Assembly (NCBI GenBank): GCA_050084515.1
Contig: CM114271.1
Span: 10,974,001 to 11,038,000, forward strand
From: Blasia pusilla
Lineage: Eukaryota
Direction: 5' to 3'
Length of the DNA: 64,000 nt
Shown: one piece after another, positions 1-12,248 of the stretch
Numbering within the stretch: the first letter of the stretch is position 1
Layout: each line of letters starts with the position of its first letter
Made by a program: the position numbers and the translations under genes
Notes under the pieces: model-generated
Told to the model about the DNA's origin: nothing
The model's database searches: none
The model's input: the letters and a program-made list of their open reading frames with translations, nothing else

Positions 1-730
1 GAATCAATTGAAGTACTTCTTCCGCCCAAATGAATCTTGCGCTTTCGGAAGTCTTATCCGCCGCCATTGAGCTCCCGGGAATACCCCACGATTTGGCCCA
101 TCGCCGCAGCACAAACCGCACTCAAGACGAAGTGGACAATCTTACAAGTGCGGTTTTTGACTCAGAGACGGGGAAGTTCGGAGCATGTTCAGCATTAGAG
201 ACCTTCGATTTTAAGTATTCAACCCAAGATTGATGTCAATATGTACCGGAGAAGGTGGATGATCTCAATCCATTATTTATGTTTGAGTCTAGAAATGGGG
301 TGAAGAGAAACAGAATGTGCAGGCCAACCAGTGGAGAGAGCAAAGCTTAATTGCATCACTCGGGAGGCAAAAATGGAGATCATCGCCACGAAAGATGTCT
401 TGAGTGGCAATGGAATAGGAAGGATGTATTGGGTCAGAACAACACAGTAAATTCAAGTGTCACAGGGTGTATGTGGTGCACATTTGTTGCTTTCCCACAT
501 GTTCATGTGATGACTTTGTCCAAAGAGAGACAAGTGGCAAAAGGTATTTCCCTTGTAAGCACATGTACTATGTGTTCTTTGGTAGTTTTAAGAGAGTCGG
601 AGGTAGGAGTAGGAATCCACCAACCAATTCTGTCCCTCAAAGAAGTGCAAAGTATTTTAAACAAACCACTTTGAGGATGCAAAATGAGGTTTTAGATTGT
701 ACTTTTATTTTTCCTCAACCTTCACTTTGA
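1..730 (+). pseudogene. C-terminal part of MULE transposase with SWIM zinc finger (frameshifted)
   Basis: ORF 467-730 contains CSCDDFVQRETSGKRYFPCKH (CxCx(n)CxH, SWIM). ORF 30-233 matches ORF 57809-58702 (TQDEVDNLTSA). Confidence 0.8.
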
Positions 731-1077
731 GCTTGAACTCTATTCAGCCCGGGGCAAATGATAGATTTTTTCCAGACCTTGGATGGAAAAAGTGATTGGT
801 TCCACACTTATGATTCCACTGATTTTTCAGTTTTCTAAATTTTGTGCAATTTGCAACTCGTCGGACTCACAGGGGTTGCCAAAATATGGAAGAGGAAAAA
901 AAAACTGTGGGATTGTTTAATAAATGAACAAAACAGTGCAAAAATATTCACACAAAAAGTTTCCTCTCTTCAACCCAACGGAAACTCTCTTAAAAAAAAA
1001 GTATCTATTTCGGTTGAAGGTAGTTTCCTCTCTCCTCTCTCCTCTCTTCCTCTCTTCCTCTCCTCTTACCGCACCTC
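1..1077 (+). mobile_element. Right-hand end of Mutator-like (MULE) DNA transposon, partial copy 1 (continues upstream of the window)
   Basis: Colinear with about 58200-59278 of the TSD-bounded copy. Ends in the same terminus ...CTCTTACCGCACCTC (1077). Confidence 0.9.
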
Positions 1078-1199
1078 GCGGGGGGCCTTCCGGTCCACAC
1101 CCCTATGGGGTACTAAATGCGGGGAGGGGGAGGGATGTCCGCTCGTTCGTGCATCCGCGCCTCTCTGTCCGTCCGCGCCCCTACTCCGCGCCCTAAACC

Positions 1200-1975
1200 T
1201 AGCCTTTGTGACCTAACCTAGCCGCCTTTACTTGACAACCCCTTGACGGCTGCAAGATCCAAACCTACCCTTGTCTTCTCTCTCCCGACACTCTCGCTCG
1301 CGTACACCCGACGCCCCATCATACACTACTCTCGGCTGCTGTCCCCCGTCAATCCGCACTAGCAAAGTTTGAGAAAAATGGACAGCGCTTCCGCCCACGG
1401 CCTTCCGAACACAAAAATAACCAACACGTGCAATACACTCGTCTCCAGGGGCTCCCGACCAAGGCAACTCGCTTGCCTACCTGCAAACAATGAATTCCCA
1501 CCAGCCCCCTGACATCTTTCTCATGTAAAAATAAAGAGTAGTAAAAACGGCACACCCGGCCTAAAACTCCACTCCTCAATCTACATCGGCATATCAAGCC
1601 TCGTCCATCCCGTGCTATCAAGGAATCCGGACGCTAGCACCCTAGTCCCATCTCACACACATACAAGAGAGGTGCTCCAACGGCCCAACCTGAGAAAGAT
1701 GGCTTAGGAAAGCCATCTTCCTCTCTTATATAGGGTTGGGAAGAGCCAAAAGGCTCTTCCCCTAAAAATATTTATCCCCTTGGTAACCTGCGCGCATAGG
1801 TTACCAGGGGCGGGTGACCTGGTCAACAAGTCACCCGGTTGTGAAAGACCTCAACATGAAAGTTGTTAGAAATGACGTTCTTGACACAATGGACCTATCC
1901 TCAACCTCATCCGACATCGTGGGACAAAGTTACACTCAAGATAGTCAGCTGGCTCCTACGCCCTATCTATGATAG
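1200..1975 (-). mobile_element. Probable LTR remnant
   Basis: Ends in CCCTATCTATGATA, similar to the CTACCATGACA termini at 45042 and 47266. TATA-like CTATATAAG on the minus strand near 1725-1733. GGTGACCT..GTCACC motif also seen at about 40097 and 44920. Boundaries approximate. Confidence 0.35.
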
Positions 1976-2329
1976 ATCTCGGGCTATCGGCTACTCAGAT
2001 GTGACATTCTTCAAATGGATGTGAAGTTTCCCAAAGCTTTGAAAGATGGCATGCAAGATGGGAAGAATGCTATTATCGTTTGCTCTTGCTCCCCCATTTT
2101 CTTCAAAGCATACTTCTAGAATATCTGATTTTCTGAGAGTTTGCAAGCTTAGTACTGTAAGTCCCTTGCAAAAATGAAATCTTAACATTGTCTTTTTTCA
2201 TAATTTATTACCATAATTTTGAATTCATTCTTTGCAACTCCAACCTCTTTTCCTTCATTGTAGTCCTGTCGGAATCAGAAATCTCTCGTGACTGGTTGTT
2301 AGATTTTCACGAAGTGTTGGGGATGAGGG

Positions 2330-2528
2330 TGGGAGTCTTGGATAAAGAACCCACTGTGGTGCACTTCTTACTCTCTTTGAAAAATTTCGTTCATTTGAAG
2401 TAGGAAAGAAACCTCAAAAATTGAAGAAAGTTTTAAAGAGAGTTTAAGGATTTGGCCCTTTTTTCTGGAGAGAGACTCTCCTCTCTTCCTCTCCTCTCTT
2501 ACTCTCTGCTGCCAGAATACCAGCCCCC
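2330..2528 (-). mobile_element. Left terminus of a related MULE subfamily, inverted
   Basis: Reverse complement begins GGGGGCTGGTATTCTGGCAG..GAGAGGAGAGTCTCTC..GGCCAAATC, matching the left ends at 4089 and 49615, then diverges. Confidence 0.7.
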
Positions 2529-2534
2529 AAGGAA

Positions 2535-2857
2535 ATGTACATACATTGGAGGTGCCATAAGAGTTCAGGATACATCCTACTTTCCATGTGTCATTTTTTA
2601 AGAAGTATCTTCAAGATAATGAGCATCTCAAGCAAAGACAAGCATTGAGACTGCTGCCGATAATCGTGAACGCAGAATCGGAGTTTGAGGTATAGACCAT
2701 CTTGCGTTCAAGGTGTAGGGCCAACAAGTACAATTACTTGGTAAAGTGGAAGGGCTACCATGTGAAAGAGGCAACTTGGATTGCAAAGGCAGACCTAGAA
2801 CACGTGCAAGGGGTGTTACAAGACTTCAAACGGTTGCAAGGGAAGCACACGCTTTAG
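2535..2857 (+). pseudogene. Chromovirus (Ty3/gypsy) integrase C-terminus with chromodomain, remnant
   Basis: Manual translation gives RIHPTFHVS, then EFEV*TILRSR..YNYLVKWKGYHVKEATW..DLEH, a classic chromodomain, ending at TAG 2857. Confidence 0.8.
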
Positions 2858-3540
2858 TACACAAAGTAGCTAGGGACATGACTTGTGACTAGCGGAAGCT
2901 TGGGCCAGAGGTCGTTGTAACTAGAGCAGGCTAGTGTTGCAATAAAGGAATGCATGGATTTGCATGTGTTAATTGAAATTTGTCTTTGGTTGTACTAGTA
3001 TGGCAATCAGTAGGTCCTCATATACTTAGGATGTAAGTCAAGAGGATAGACAAGGAGTATTTGAGGTGAGAGCTTGTATTCAGATAAGCACCTAGAACTG
3101 GAACAAGTGTTGAGTAACTAACACTTGGGCTTGCCCTAGCGTCAGCGGGGCAGATCACTCTTTCTTGGGGCTTGGGGTGATCTAACTCGTGAATGCATGA
3201 GTGAACTCAATGACGCCTCTAAGTCGAATACGAGAGCAACCCAAAAGTAGTATGATTTGTGTACCGTGTAAACAGGTGGGATGTTTACGAGTTATGAGCC
3301 AGAAAACTTAGCTATCTTATTTGATAGGTTAGACTAGTTGAGAACTGGTCTAGGCTTATCGAAGAGGAGATGCTAAATGATGCTAAGTGTTGCAAGCGAC
3401 AACCTTAGACTTAAGCCAAAAGGAGGAATTACGAGTTAGCTACCAGAACACAATTCCATGTCAAGAGATCGGCTTCCCAGAATGACTTCACATCAAAAGG
3501 TTTGCGTTGACAAGGGCATCAAACTCTAAACAAGGGTGAG

Positions 3541-4087
3541 TGTCGCAACCCTCATAACCAAACGAAGGCCAAGCGGAACATCCGAACTCTAGGATGGTTT
3601 GTGTTTTGGAGAGGTCTCAAGAGGAGACAAGTTAGGAAACACCAATTCCATATGCAAGTGAGGCAAGCATTTTGAGTGTTTTGTGCGTTTATGGTCGTAA
3701 CTAAGGAAATTGGAACCAAACGCGGAACCCTAACTTAAGAGAAGTCGAGTCTCAGAGGAGACGTGGCCAAGGGGTGAGAATCGGACTTGGGACGTGGCTA
3801 GCGTTTGGAGTTTTTTACTATACTTTTGACCTTAAATTTTAGTTCTCAAATGCGTTCGAAAAAAATAAGGTAGCGTTGGGAAGCTTATGCGTAGCCGGTT
3901 CCAACACACCAAAGATCTTGGAAAATGCTCAAGCAGAGGCTGAGATATGGGCCAAAACCAAATGTACAAGAAGTCGGGTTGAGGACCAAAAAGAGGAGCT
4001 CGAGTGTCCCCTCCCCAAAGGTAGGGAGTGGCCGGGAATCCCCATAACTACTAGTAAGGGGGAAGGTCTCCAAGGGTGCTTGAGACT
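3541..4087. mobile_element. Partial LTR, truncated by the MULE insertion
   Basis: Begins TGTCGCAACCCTCATAACCAAACG after a purine-rich tract. Colinear but diverged relative to 46317-46880. Confidence 0.65.
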
Positions 4088-4088
4088 T

Positions 4089-7000
4089 GGGGTTGGTATT
4101 CTGGCAGGAGAGAGGAAGAGAGGAGAGGAAGAGAGGAGAGTCTCTCTTAAAAAAAAAAGGCCAAATCCGCCTCCTCTCTTCAAAACTTTTTGACATATTT
4201 GAAATTTTTGTTTGCTTTCAAATTCATGAAATCTTTAGAAGAGAGTAGGTAGTGGTCCACATTCGGGCCTAAAGAAACCTCCTTTTCCAAGGGGCGAAAA
4301 ACAAGTAGACATCATAAGACCACTACAAATATTTTTCCATCACTCTCCATGTGAGCCTAAGTTTCTTCACATTGCCTGTCTCAGTCTACAATAAGCTGTG
4401 CCTAGGGGTATTTTTGTTGGAGGACCATTGGCAAATAATTTGATCAGAAGTAGCAATCTCATCTCAATGAAAGGTTCAAATAAAGACTCTAACGATGGTT
4501 TTAACAGACTGCGGTGCTTTTCAAGCTTTAACTTCTCAGAATATTTGGTTGACATTATGGATTGACATCTCTTCTTGCAAAAGAAAGGCACAAGGAAATG
4601 TCTGTAAATGATTGTTGACTCTTCTTGCAGAAGGCATCAATACTCATCATACATTATGGAAAACATTTGGCAGCACAGTACCAAAATGAGAATTGTTGAG
4701 CTTCCCCCATTCCCAAGTGTGTCGAAGTGTTAATGTGTCATGAGACCTTACCCGGATGCGCATCGGGTACAATGCCAACCTCTCTTTTTGCAGGGATTGT
4801 TGCCTGCATCATGGCCTCCCCTGAATTGCCCCATAATGAATGGTGTCTGCTCAAGACCACCTTGTGAAATGTGAACACACGAGATGATAATTGAACCAAA
4901 AGATTGTTAGGTGTCTCGAGTAAAGAGGAACTGATGTCCCTTCATTCAGATCCTAAATCTGAGAAACCAAGAAGCTGCACCCCTCCCAACCCGTCGGAAT
5001 TTTACAGCTTGCAACTCTTGCAACCGGTTGGAATCAGATGGCTTGCACCCCTTGCAAGCAACCTCACCATAACAAAGGAAAGATTTTGAGAAGTGATTCC
5101 ATTCCATTCTGCACCCACGGTTGGGAATCCGAAATGGAAATCCAACAGGTAGTAGGAATCGAGCACGTCTTAGAGAAGAAAAGAAGCCTACGACTGGTTT
5201 GACGATAGTGGGGGAACAAGCCAAAAGTGAAGAAGCCCGCCACAATGCCTTAGAAGTTGGTCTCACAGAGAAAGAGTCCGATCACTCAAGCAGCCAACCT
5301 GTCGGAATCCGACAGCTTGCCTGGAAATGGTTAAAAAGTTGCAGTGGTCAAAAAGTGAAAAGTTGCAACCCATCGGAATCAGACGGGTTGCAAAATAAAC
5401 ATTCTCAGTAGCTAGACGAACACAATCGACAAGTCCAAAAAAAATATTCAGCAAACTTTTACAAACACCATTATCGTTTGAAAAAATCTTGTCCTTTATT
5501 ACATCTAAAGGAAGCTCAGAAATGTACATTTGATCTAGTCTATGATTTCTTCAGCCTCGTTATCTACAAATTTACTCCTAACTCTCCTAGGTTCCTGTAC
5601 AAAAGGAATGTCCTGGGATACACGTGGCTCCTCTGGCCGATTGTAGACAGGGATCGAAAATGTTGGCAAATTCGAGAGCCTTGGCCCCCCCTTAGGTATA
5701 CCATAACGGTCCCATATAACATGATTTGAGTCCCACCGCCTCCTCGGCAGCATATCTTGTACGCTTTGCAAGGTGACACCCATCCAGTATCAATATGTGC
5801 TCCGTCCTTGGAAACACCATCATGGCAATCCGACATGTAGTAGGAATCCAACACATCTTAGAGAAGAGAAGAAGCCTACGACTTTTTTGACGATACTAGG
5901 GGAAGGAGCCAAAGTGAAGAAACCCCCCAAAATGCCTCTAAAGTTGGACTTACAGGGAAAGAGTCCGATCACTCACTTAGCCAACCTGTCGGAATTCGAC
6001 AGGTTGCCTGGAAGTGGTTAAAAAGGTGTAGTGGTCAAAAAGTGAAAAGTTGCAACCTGTGGGAATCCGACGGGTTACAAAATAAACTGTCGGAGTTCAT
6101 AGACGATCACCATCGACAAGACCAAAAAAGATATTCAACAAACTTTTACAAACACCATCATCGTTCAAAAAAATCTTGTCCTTTATTACATTTGAAGGAA
6201 GCTCGGAACTGTACATTTGATCTATTCTATGAATTCTTCTGCCTCGTCATCAAATAAATCCCTACTCCAAAACGCTACAGTCAAGCTGGGTCCTTGAGTT
6301 CTTTGAACTCACTCGTGATCGTCCGAGAGCTCTTCCAGAATTACTGTCAGCCTTGCCCTCCCAATTTTTGGAATCGTGGGAAGTGACCATGGTGTCACTA
6401 CCAATGGTGGGTCTGGAACCGGAGCTCTCAGCTTCGGAGGAGAGTTGTACGCCCCAACTAGCCTGTCGTAATCTGCCTTTGCCTCTTTGCAAAGGTCAAA
6501 CAGTTCCTGCCTTCCCTCAAGGCAAAGAATGTTCTTCCCACTTTGCCAGGTGCCTCTGATACTCGCCTCTGAAAGGCCCACTTGGTCGAACACCAAGTCA
6601 CCCATCCTTGAGTAGAGCTTGATGAGGGTTTGCATCAGGGCTGGAGACTTTTCCCTTCCTTCAAGTAAGGGGGTACCGTCTTGCATGTAAATTCTTGGGG
6701 GGATTTTATAAACTATCTAAGCTACACCCATCGGAGCATGGATCCACTGGATCCAGAATCCTAAACACTTGGAAGTTGTGCTCGGACCGAACAAAGCAGT
6801 AAACATAGGAGTGGTCCATTTGTAAAGAAACAGGTTGGAAACAATGTCAGCAACAAGAAAGAGCTACTTGACTGCTGGTCTACTCTCAGTATGGTGACAC
6901 AATGTGCAACATGTCCCCAAAGAACTTCGCTTAACCCTCGATGGGTTGCATTCACCCAATGGAGCCTTGTGGTAAATTTGCAACCCGTCGCTTTCAGACG

Positions 7001-8239
7001 GATTGCAACACTGCAGTCACCAGCTCAAACGATCCGACAGGTTGCGTGCAGAGATGCAACCCGTTGGAGCAAGATAAATTATATATGGATTTAGAGCCCT
7101 TACTCCGATTTGACTCATCGCCAATCGGAGTGGGAACTCCTTCTTGATGACCCACGATTGCGCCGTCCTCCACTTCAGCGACCTCTTCACGCACTGCAGG
7201 TTGAAGAGCTCATCCTTGCTCCCTCTAGTCAAGACCAAGAAACAACCCGTGTCACTGAGATAAGCGTCTGCAAAGGAAAATAGGAGCGCGATCTAGTCAT
7301 AGGTGAGAGGGGCATTCCAGTCTAGGACACTATCAGACGGATTTTCATCCCACAAGCGCAACCAAGAGGGAAAATCAGCGAGGGAGATCCACCGCCACCT
7401 CCTCGACCTCCCCATGGACCGTCCAGGGAGCATGCCCGTTTCGTTGAAGCTTCCGTTCCAACATTGTCAATTTGTCGATGGTGGGTGTCGACTCTTCGGA
7501 ATTGAAACTTTGCAGCTCATCCAAAAGATTCGTGCAATGAATGATGACGCTTGTCCGGGTCGTTGTTTCTCTATGTCTTCCCAAGGATGATGGAGTGTAT
7601 TCCACATCTTGGTCTGCTCCCTAGGACAAACTTGGCGCCTCTCGCTTCCTCTTTTCCCGAGTCTGCGGTCGGCTTGTTGGGGTCTCTATTACCTCGGACT
7701 CTGTTGGAGTTTTCTTGGCGGAGGACGTGGTCTAGCCCTCTCTCCCCGGTCGCTCGGACGATTCCGCCTCTCGCCTTGAATTCTCAGCCTCTTTTTGGGA
7801 AGACTCGGCCTCGGAATTCTTCGATCCCCTTGCCTTTGCTTTCAGACCCGTTGTAGATTTGTCCTTGGCGGTGCAACCTTGGACACCAACTCCGCTGTCT
7901 TGAGGGCTTGCTCCTCCGCATCTCCTTCAAAAAAGTCTTCAGTCTGCACAAAATTTGGGATGTCGTCCCTACGTGCGGCCACTGCATCATACACCCGTCA
8001 AAGATTTTTGTCGGTGATATCCTCGGGGTCGTTGAAGTCCAGCCACATCGGGAAATTCTCCACCTCCCAGTCGGATATGCTTTGAGCCATCTCCATGTCG
8101 TACATGGAAAATGCCTCTCCATCAGGCGGAGAGGCCCACAATTTGCACGCTGCCGGCATTTTTCGCAAAGTACCTCCATTCTTACAATGAATGAGGTACC
8201 TGAACATCATCCGTTGGGCAGCTCTTTGTCGAGATGCAT
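4089..8239 (+). mobile_element. Left part of MULE element (partial copy 2), retaining the methyltransferase-like region
   Basis: Starts GGGGTTGGTATTCTGGCAGGAGAGAGG. 4089-5835 is colinear with 49615-51035 and 7722-8239 with about 51047-51565. Similarity stops at 8239, where a copia remnant begins. Contains an internal direct repeat of about 420 bp (5148-5565 / 5837-6255). Confidence 0.9.
6309..8239 (-). pseudogene. 3' part of MULE cargo gene: beta-class amino-(N4C/N6A) DNA methyltransferase-like domain
   Basis: Minus-strand reconstruction: VDL/LADFPS (7376-7365, position of the DPPY motif); FADAYLSDTGCFLVL; SWVIKKE; GT donor at 7103; degenerate acceptor at 6820, in phase; YVYCFVRS; then ORF 6309-6686 GREKSPALMQTLIKLYSRMGDLVFDQVGLSEASIRGTWQSGKNILCLE. 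This resembles the KP.L...I...S..GD.V.D.F.GSG.T..A....R..IG.E end of N6_N4 MTases. Confidence 0.6.
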
Positions 8240-8249
8240 GCTATTCAAT

Positions 8250-9350
8250 TGATTAACAATATGTTTGATACTCAAAATATAATCATTGATGCTTTGCAAT
8301 CCTTTCCTCACTTCGTTCAATTGTTGTTTCAATTGAAGCTTTCTGGCCTTTGTAGATGTCTAGAACAACTTTTCCAATGCATCTGAGGCCTCCTTTGGAA
8401 TATCAACATCTTGATTGTGACCTATCATTGGCGAACTGATAGTTATTAAAATGTAGTGGATTACTTACCTTACACTTTTGTTTCAAGCATGAATATTCAA
8501 GTCTGTTGAGTCACCTTTTGGCTTGGCCTCATCACCTATCACAAGCTCTCATAGTTCTTGACCCATGAGAAATTGTTTCATCCAAAACTTCATGACATTG
8601 TAATTCTGCTTATCTAGCTCCTCGTCTGTGATTGCTGTTGAGGAATACTCCATGACGAACGATTCACTCACAAAAATTTAATTTCAATCTCTCCATTGCT
8701 CCAATTGAAGCATAGATCACTCCTAAATAGAAATCGACCAGATTGGATCAACTGTATGAAAGAACTAGTCGAAATTGGCCTATAGAGAGCAAGTTGCACA
8801 ACTTTTCTTCACTAATTGCACTTTCCTACACTTAAATTGCTATTGCATGAGCTCAAAATGTCAGAATCGAGCGATTTTGGATACGTTGGAAAGCTCTCAA
8901 AAACCATCGAAAACCAGCTTTGCATATCCTTCTAACCGTCGCGGACCTAGATGAAATCTGCATCCACTGCGCTCTGAACAAAATTTCCTTCTCCCAAACT
9001 GAAAGTTTTCCTTCTCTTGCCTCTCTTCTCTCCTCAAATATCAAGAATTTCAAGTTATGTTCTCCAATCGCTCTAATACCATGTAAAAAACTGCTAAAGA
9101 AGCATAATTGGTGGAAAACGGCTCTCACACTCACACATCACCATGGAGAACAAAATTTTGCAATGAGAGAATGAATGGATCTTGGTCCCCTTCTCAATTA
9201 TATATGATATGTATAAGAAACCCTAACCCTAGTCTTAACCATAGTCTAGAGTAAGACTAACTGTGATTAACTAACCATAGTTAAGATAATCCGCCCTTAA
9301 TTGGCTAACCAAGATTAAACTTCCCTACTTCATGTGAGTATCAAATGTAG
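8250..9350 (-). mobile_element. Ty1/copia 5' remnant (partial LTR, PBS, gag N-terminus)
   Basis: PBS TGGTATTAGAGC on the minus strand (9081-9070, tRNA-iMet type) next to the LTR end at 9082. ATG 8653 gives MEYSSTAITDEELDKQNYNVMKFWMKQFLMGQEL*, a copia gag N-terminus. Confidence 0.7.
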
Positions 9351-9454
9351 AAGTTTAGGTGTCTCATGAGCTTGACTGTAACTCAATCTTCAATAGTCTT
9401 GAGTGCTACTACCACATCCTTGGACACCACACCGATTGTGTGGCGCATCCCTCA

Positions 9455-10136
9455 AGAGGGTATTCGGATCTCTTTGGAGGGATCGACACTAGGCTGGTTG
9501 TTGTTTTGCACGTAGGAGTGCGCGTGCAGCAATATCTGTACGTTGAGCTTGATGAGGTTGCGAGGTGCGTTTCACTTTGATATGTGGTCCAGTAACGCCT
9601 CTATTTTCCTAACTTGTTGTTTGCGTCCGTCGTACATGGGTACTAGAGTTCCAATCCCTACAAAGGGATATTTCATTGTTGGGAACGCAAGAGTTGGAGC
9701 GAATAGGGACCATCGATTTGGTCATTTTTGGTTGGCCATATCAAGGCCAGTCGAGTGTTGGACGAGGTAGCGGGTTGGCTAATACTTGATTCAGGTTTTG
9801 TTGGGAGATGATGAGGATCTTGTAATATTTGCAGGAGCATCAATCCCATTCTCCAGCTTATATCCTGAAGAATATATCGATGTTGAGCGATTCGAGGTCA
9901 CGGGTGGTAACGAGTACACATCATGTGTGTGCATGGATCGGCCCAATAGTGTTTTTGGATGCAGAAAATGTAGGTTTACGAGCATATCGCCTACGTCTAT
10001 TATCGACCAACTTGGTGCCACATGAAGTCTTGTGGAGGGCTTATGCTTAAGTGGAGCGCCCCTCCATTTTTTGGTGGATTCCATTCTCGATCCAAGTCGT
10101 CGATCCCAGGCGATGAGGCACAATGACCCACCGCCG
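9455..10136 (+). pseudogene. C5-cytosine DNA methyltransferase domain of gypsy copy A, N-terminal part
   Basis: DLFGGI (motif I, about 9467), DLVIFGWPYQG (motif IV, PC mutated to PY), AYILKNI (motif VI, ENV mutated), VFLDAENVGLRAYRLRL (motif VIII). Confidence 0.85.
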
Positions 10137-10520
10137 TGTGAGAAAACCAGAAAGTGACTAAATCACTGAAATCTTTACAAAACTTAGAGATACAAAGTGG
10201 CCTAGTCCGTCCATGCGCTCACAGAAGAGCTTCGATGGAACCTGAACTGGGAGATAACTCGATATACGAGAATGCGCTACCGCTGCGGCTCCCGACTATT
10301 TGACTACTCGGGAAAACTAGGGTTTTTTACCTATTTACCCCGCACCCTGATGCAATATAGGGTAAGATAAACCTAGTAACGCTACTTCGTAAACCACCTA
10401 CGTCATATTACTATGACTCCTTCGACGTCTAAGTCGGAACCATCGATCTAGGCTTCTCCTCATACAAGGGGGCCGATCAAATCAATGGTGCTCAGAGGAG
10501 TGGATGTTGAGAATCCAATA
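10137..10520 (-). repeat. Copia 3' LTR
   Basis: Near-identical to 25448-25864 except for one indel region. Adjacent to the PPT. Confidence 0.95.
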
Positions 10521-10549
10521 CTCCCCCTCAATATCCATTCTCATGTGGA

Positions 10550-11073
10550 CTACTGTCTTGGACCTATCCCAAGACCCTTCAGATGTCGTTGAAGCTGATC
10601 TCCGCTCAAGGCTTTCGTGAAGATGTCTGCACGGTTATCCTCTGTTGGACAATAGACTAACTTCAAAACCTCTCTCTCGATCAATTCACGAACAAAATGG
10701 TATTGGATCTCTATGTGCTTTGTACGAGCATGAAACACAGGATTATGTGCTATGGCAATGCAACTCTGATTGTCACACCATATTACAGTAGCACTTTCTG
10801 GTGCTTCTCCTACGTCCTCCAGTATCCATCTCAACCATACTGCTTCACAAGAAGCATAACAAGCCGCCTTGTACTCTGCCTCGGTAGAAGAAAGAGCCAC
10901 TGTAGGTTGCTTCTTGTTGACCCATGACACCACACCTGATCCTACCAAGAAGCAATAACCCGAAACTGATCTTCGAGAATCTGAATCTCCTGCCCAATCT
11001 GAGTCACAAAAACCTGTCATTTCCGTCCCTGCTCCATAGGTGATGCCGTACTCGATAGTGCCTTTGATGTACT
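10550..11073 (-). pseudogene. Copia RNase H (C-terminus of Pol)
   Basis: GFCDSDWAGD..RRSVSGY, SSTEAEY, CDNQS, HARTKHIEIQYHF, ADIFTK. Confidence 0.95.
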
Positions 11074-12248
11074 TGTGATACCCACAATTTTGTAATCTTG
11101 AAGAATATATCTTTTTATTCAACGAAGACTCTTGTATATTATGATTTTGATTATGATTATCTATTATTATGAAGAAGAATAAGTGAATCACCAAGCTCGG
11201 AAGACAAGGCAGAGAGATAAAGATCAAGAATTTGCCTTAGAGGAGAATCAAAATCTGTAAAGAAGTATAAAGGATCAACGCGAAGCTCAGCAAAGCTTAG
11301 CGAAGCTTAACAAAGTCTAACAAAGCTCAACGAAGCTCTATAGACGAAGTACTTCGCTCTTGAACGAAGCACGAAGCACAAAGAAGAAGGAAGCACTTCG
11401 TCCTCCAAAAAATTAGCGCAGCGAAGCTCAGCATGATTGAGATTCGAAACGACACACACTTTAAACAATTAGAATAGGAAAGGGCGCGACCCTTTGTATC
11501 AAATTGGTAGTTAGGACAGTTTTGTACCGCGGATTCATAGGGATCGTAGGAAAAGCTAAGAGAACCATAGATCTAGGTAGTTACAGATATTGAAAAGACA
11601 CACCCTTTATCAAGAACGCTTCGAATCATAGAAACGATCCTACTCTCGAGAATATTTAAGAAACAGGACAGAAGCTATTAGCATCATTCGCTCATGAAGT
11701 CCTTATGCTGTAGGAATGGTCCGAGCAAGAGAGTTGTACCCTCTCGAGCTTGTAGATACTTTGAAGTCTTCCAATTCTTGATGGAGTAGTAAAGCATTCA
11801 TTCATTCATTCATTCTGATGTGCGATGCTTATGTCCGAATATTCTTTTGGGTGCATTGAGTGAAGAGTGAATCAGGCAAACCTTTCTCATCAATGGAATA
11901 ATCAATATAAAGTTGTATGAAATTTGTTTGTGAGAGTAACCTGCCTGACGGATTGAGTTCGAAAGTAGGAGAAGCCAGCTTTATTCTTGAGGTCTCTGTG
12001 AGGTTCCGAGATGATGAGAGAACAAATTGCTTGAGCGTCCTTTAAACTCCACTTGAGAGAATTGAAGAAGAAAACCTAGGTACTAAGAAGGATCGGAAGC
12101 TGATACTGGAATACTGCATTTGAATTACATAACCAATCACACTTTTATAACATAATCATCACTTTATACTATCTTTTCATCCAACAATGATCTTCTTGGG
12201 GATCGAACTCTACAATTGACTGTAAATAAGAAACACTTAGACATTACA
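11074..12248 (+). repeat. Gypsy 5' LTR
   Basis: TGTGATACCC...CATTACA, highly similar to 20685-21864. Confidence 0.95.

Noticed and set aside
1078-4088. One MULE defined by the termini at 1077, 2528 and 4089
   Set aside because: The orientations do not enclose a common element and no shared TSD is evident. They are separate insertions.
10550-11227. 225-aa ORF with a hydrophobic N-terminus fused to RNase H
   Set aside because: The N-terminal part is antisense read-through of the nested gypsy LTR; the same peptide appears in ORF 20620-20838.
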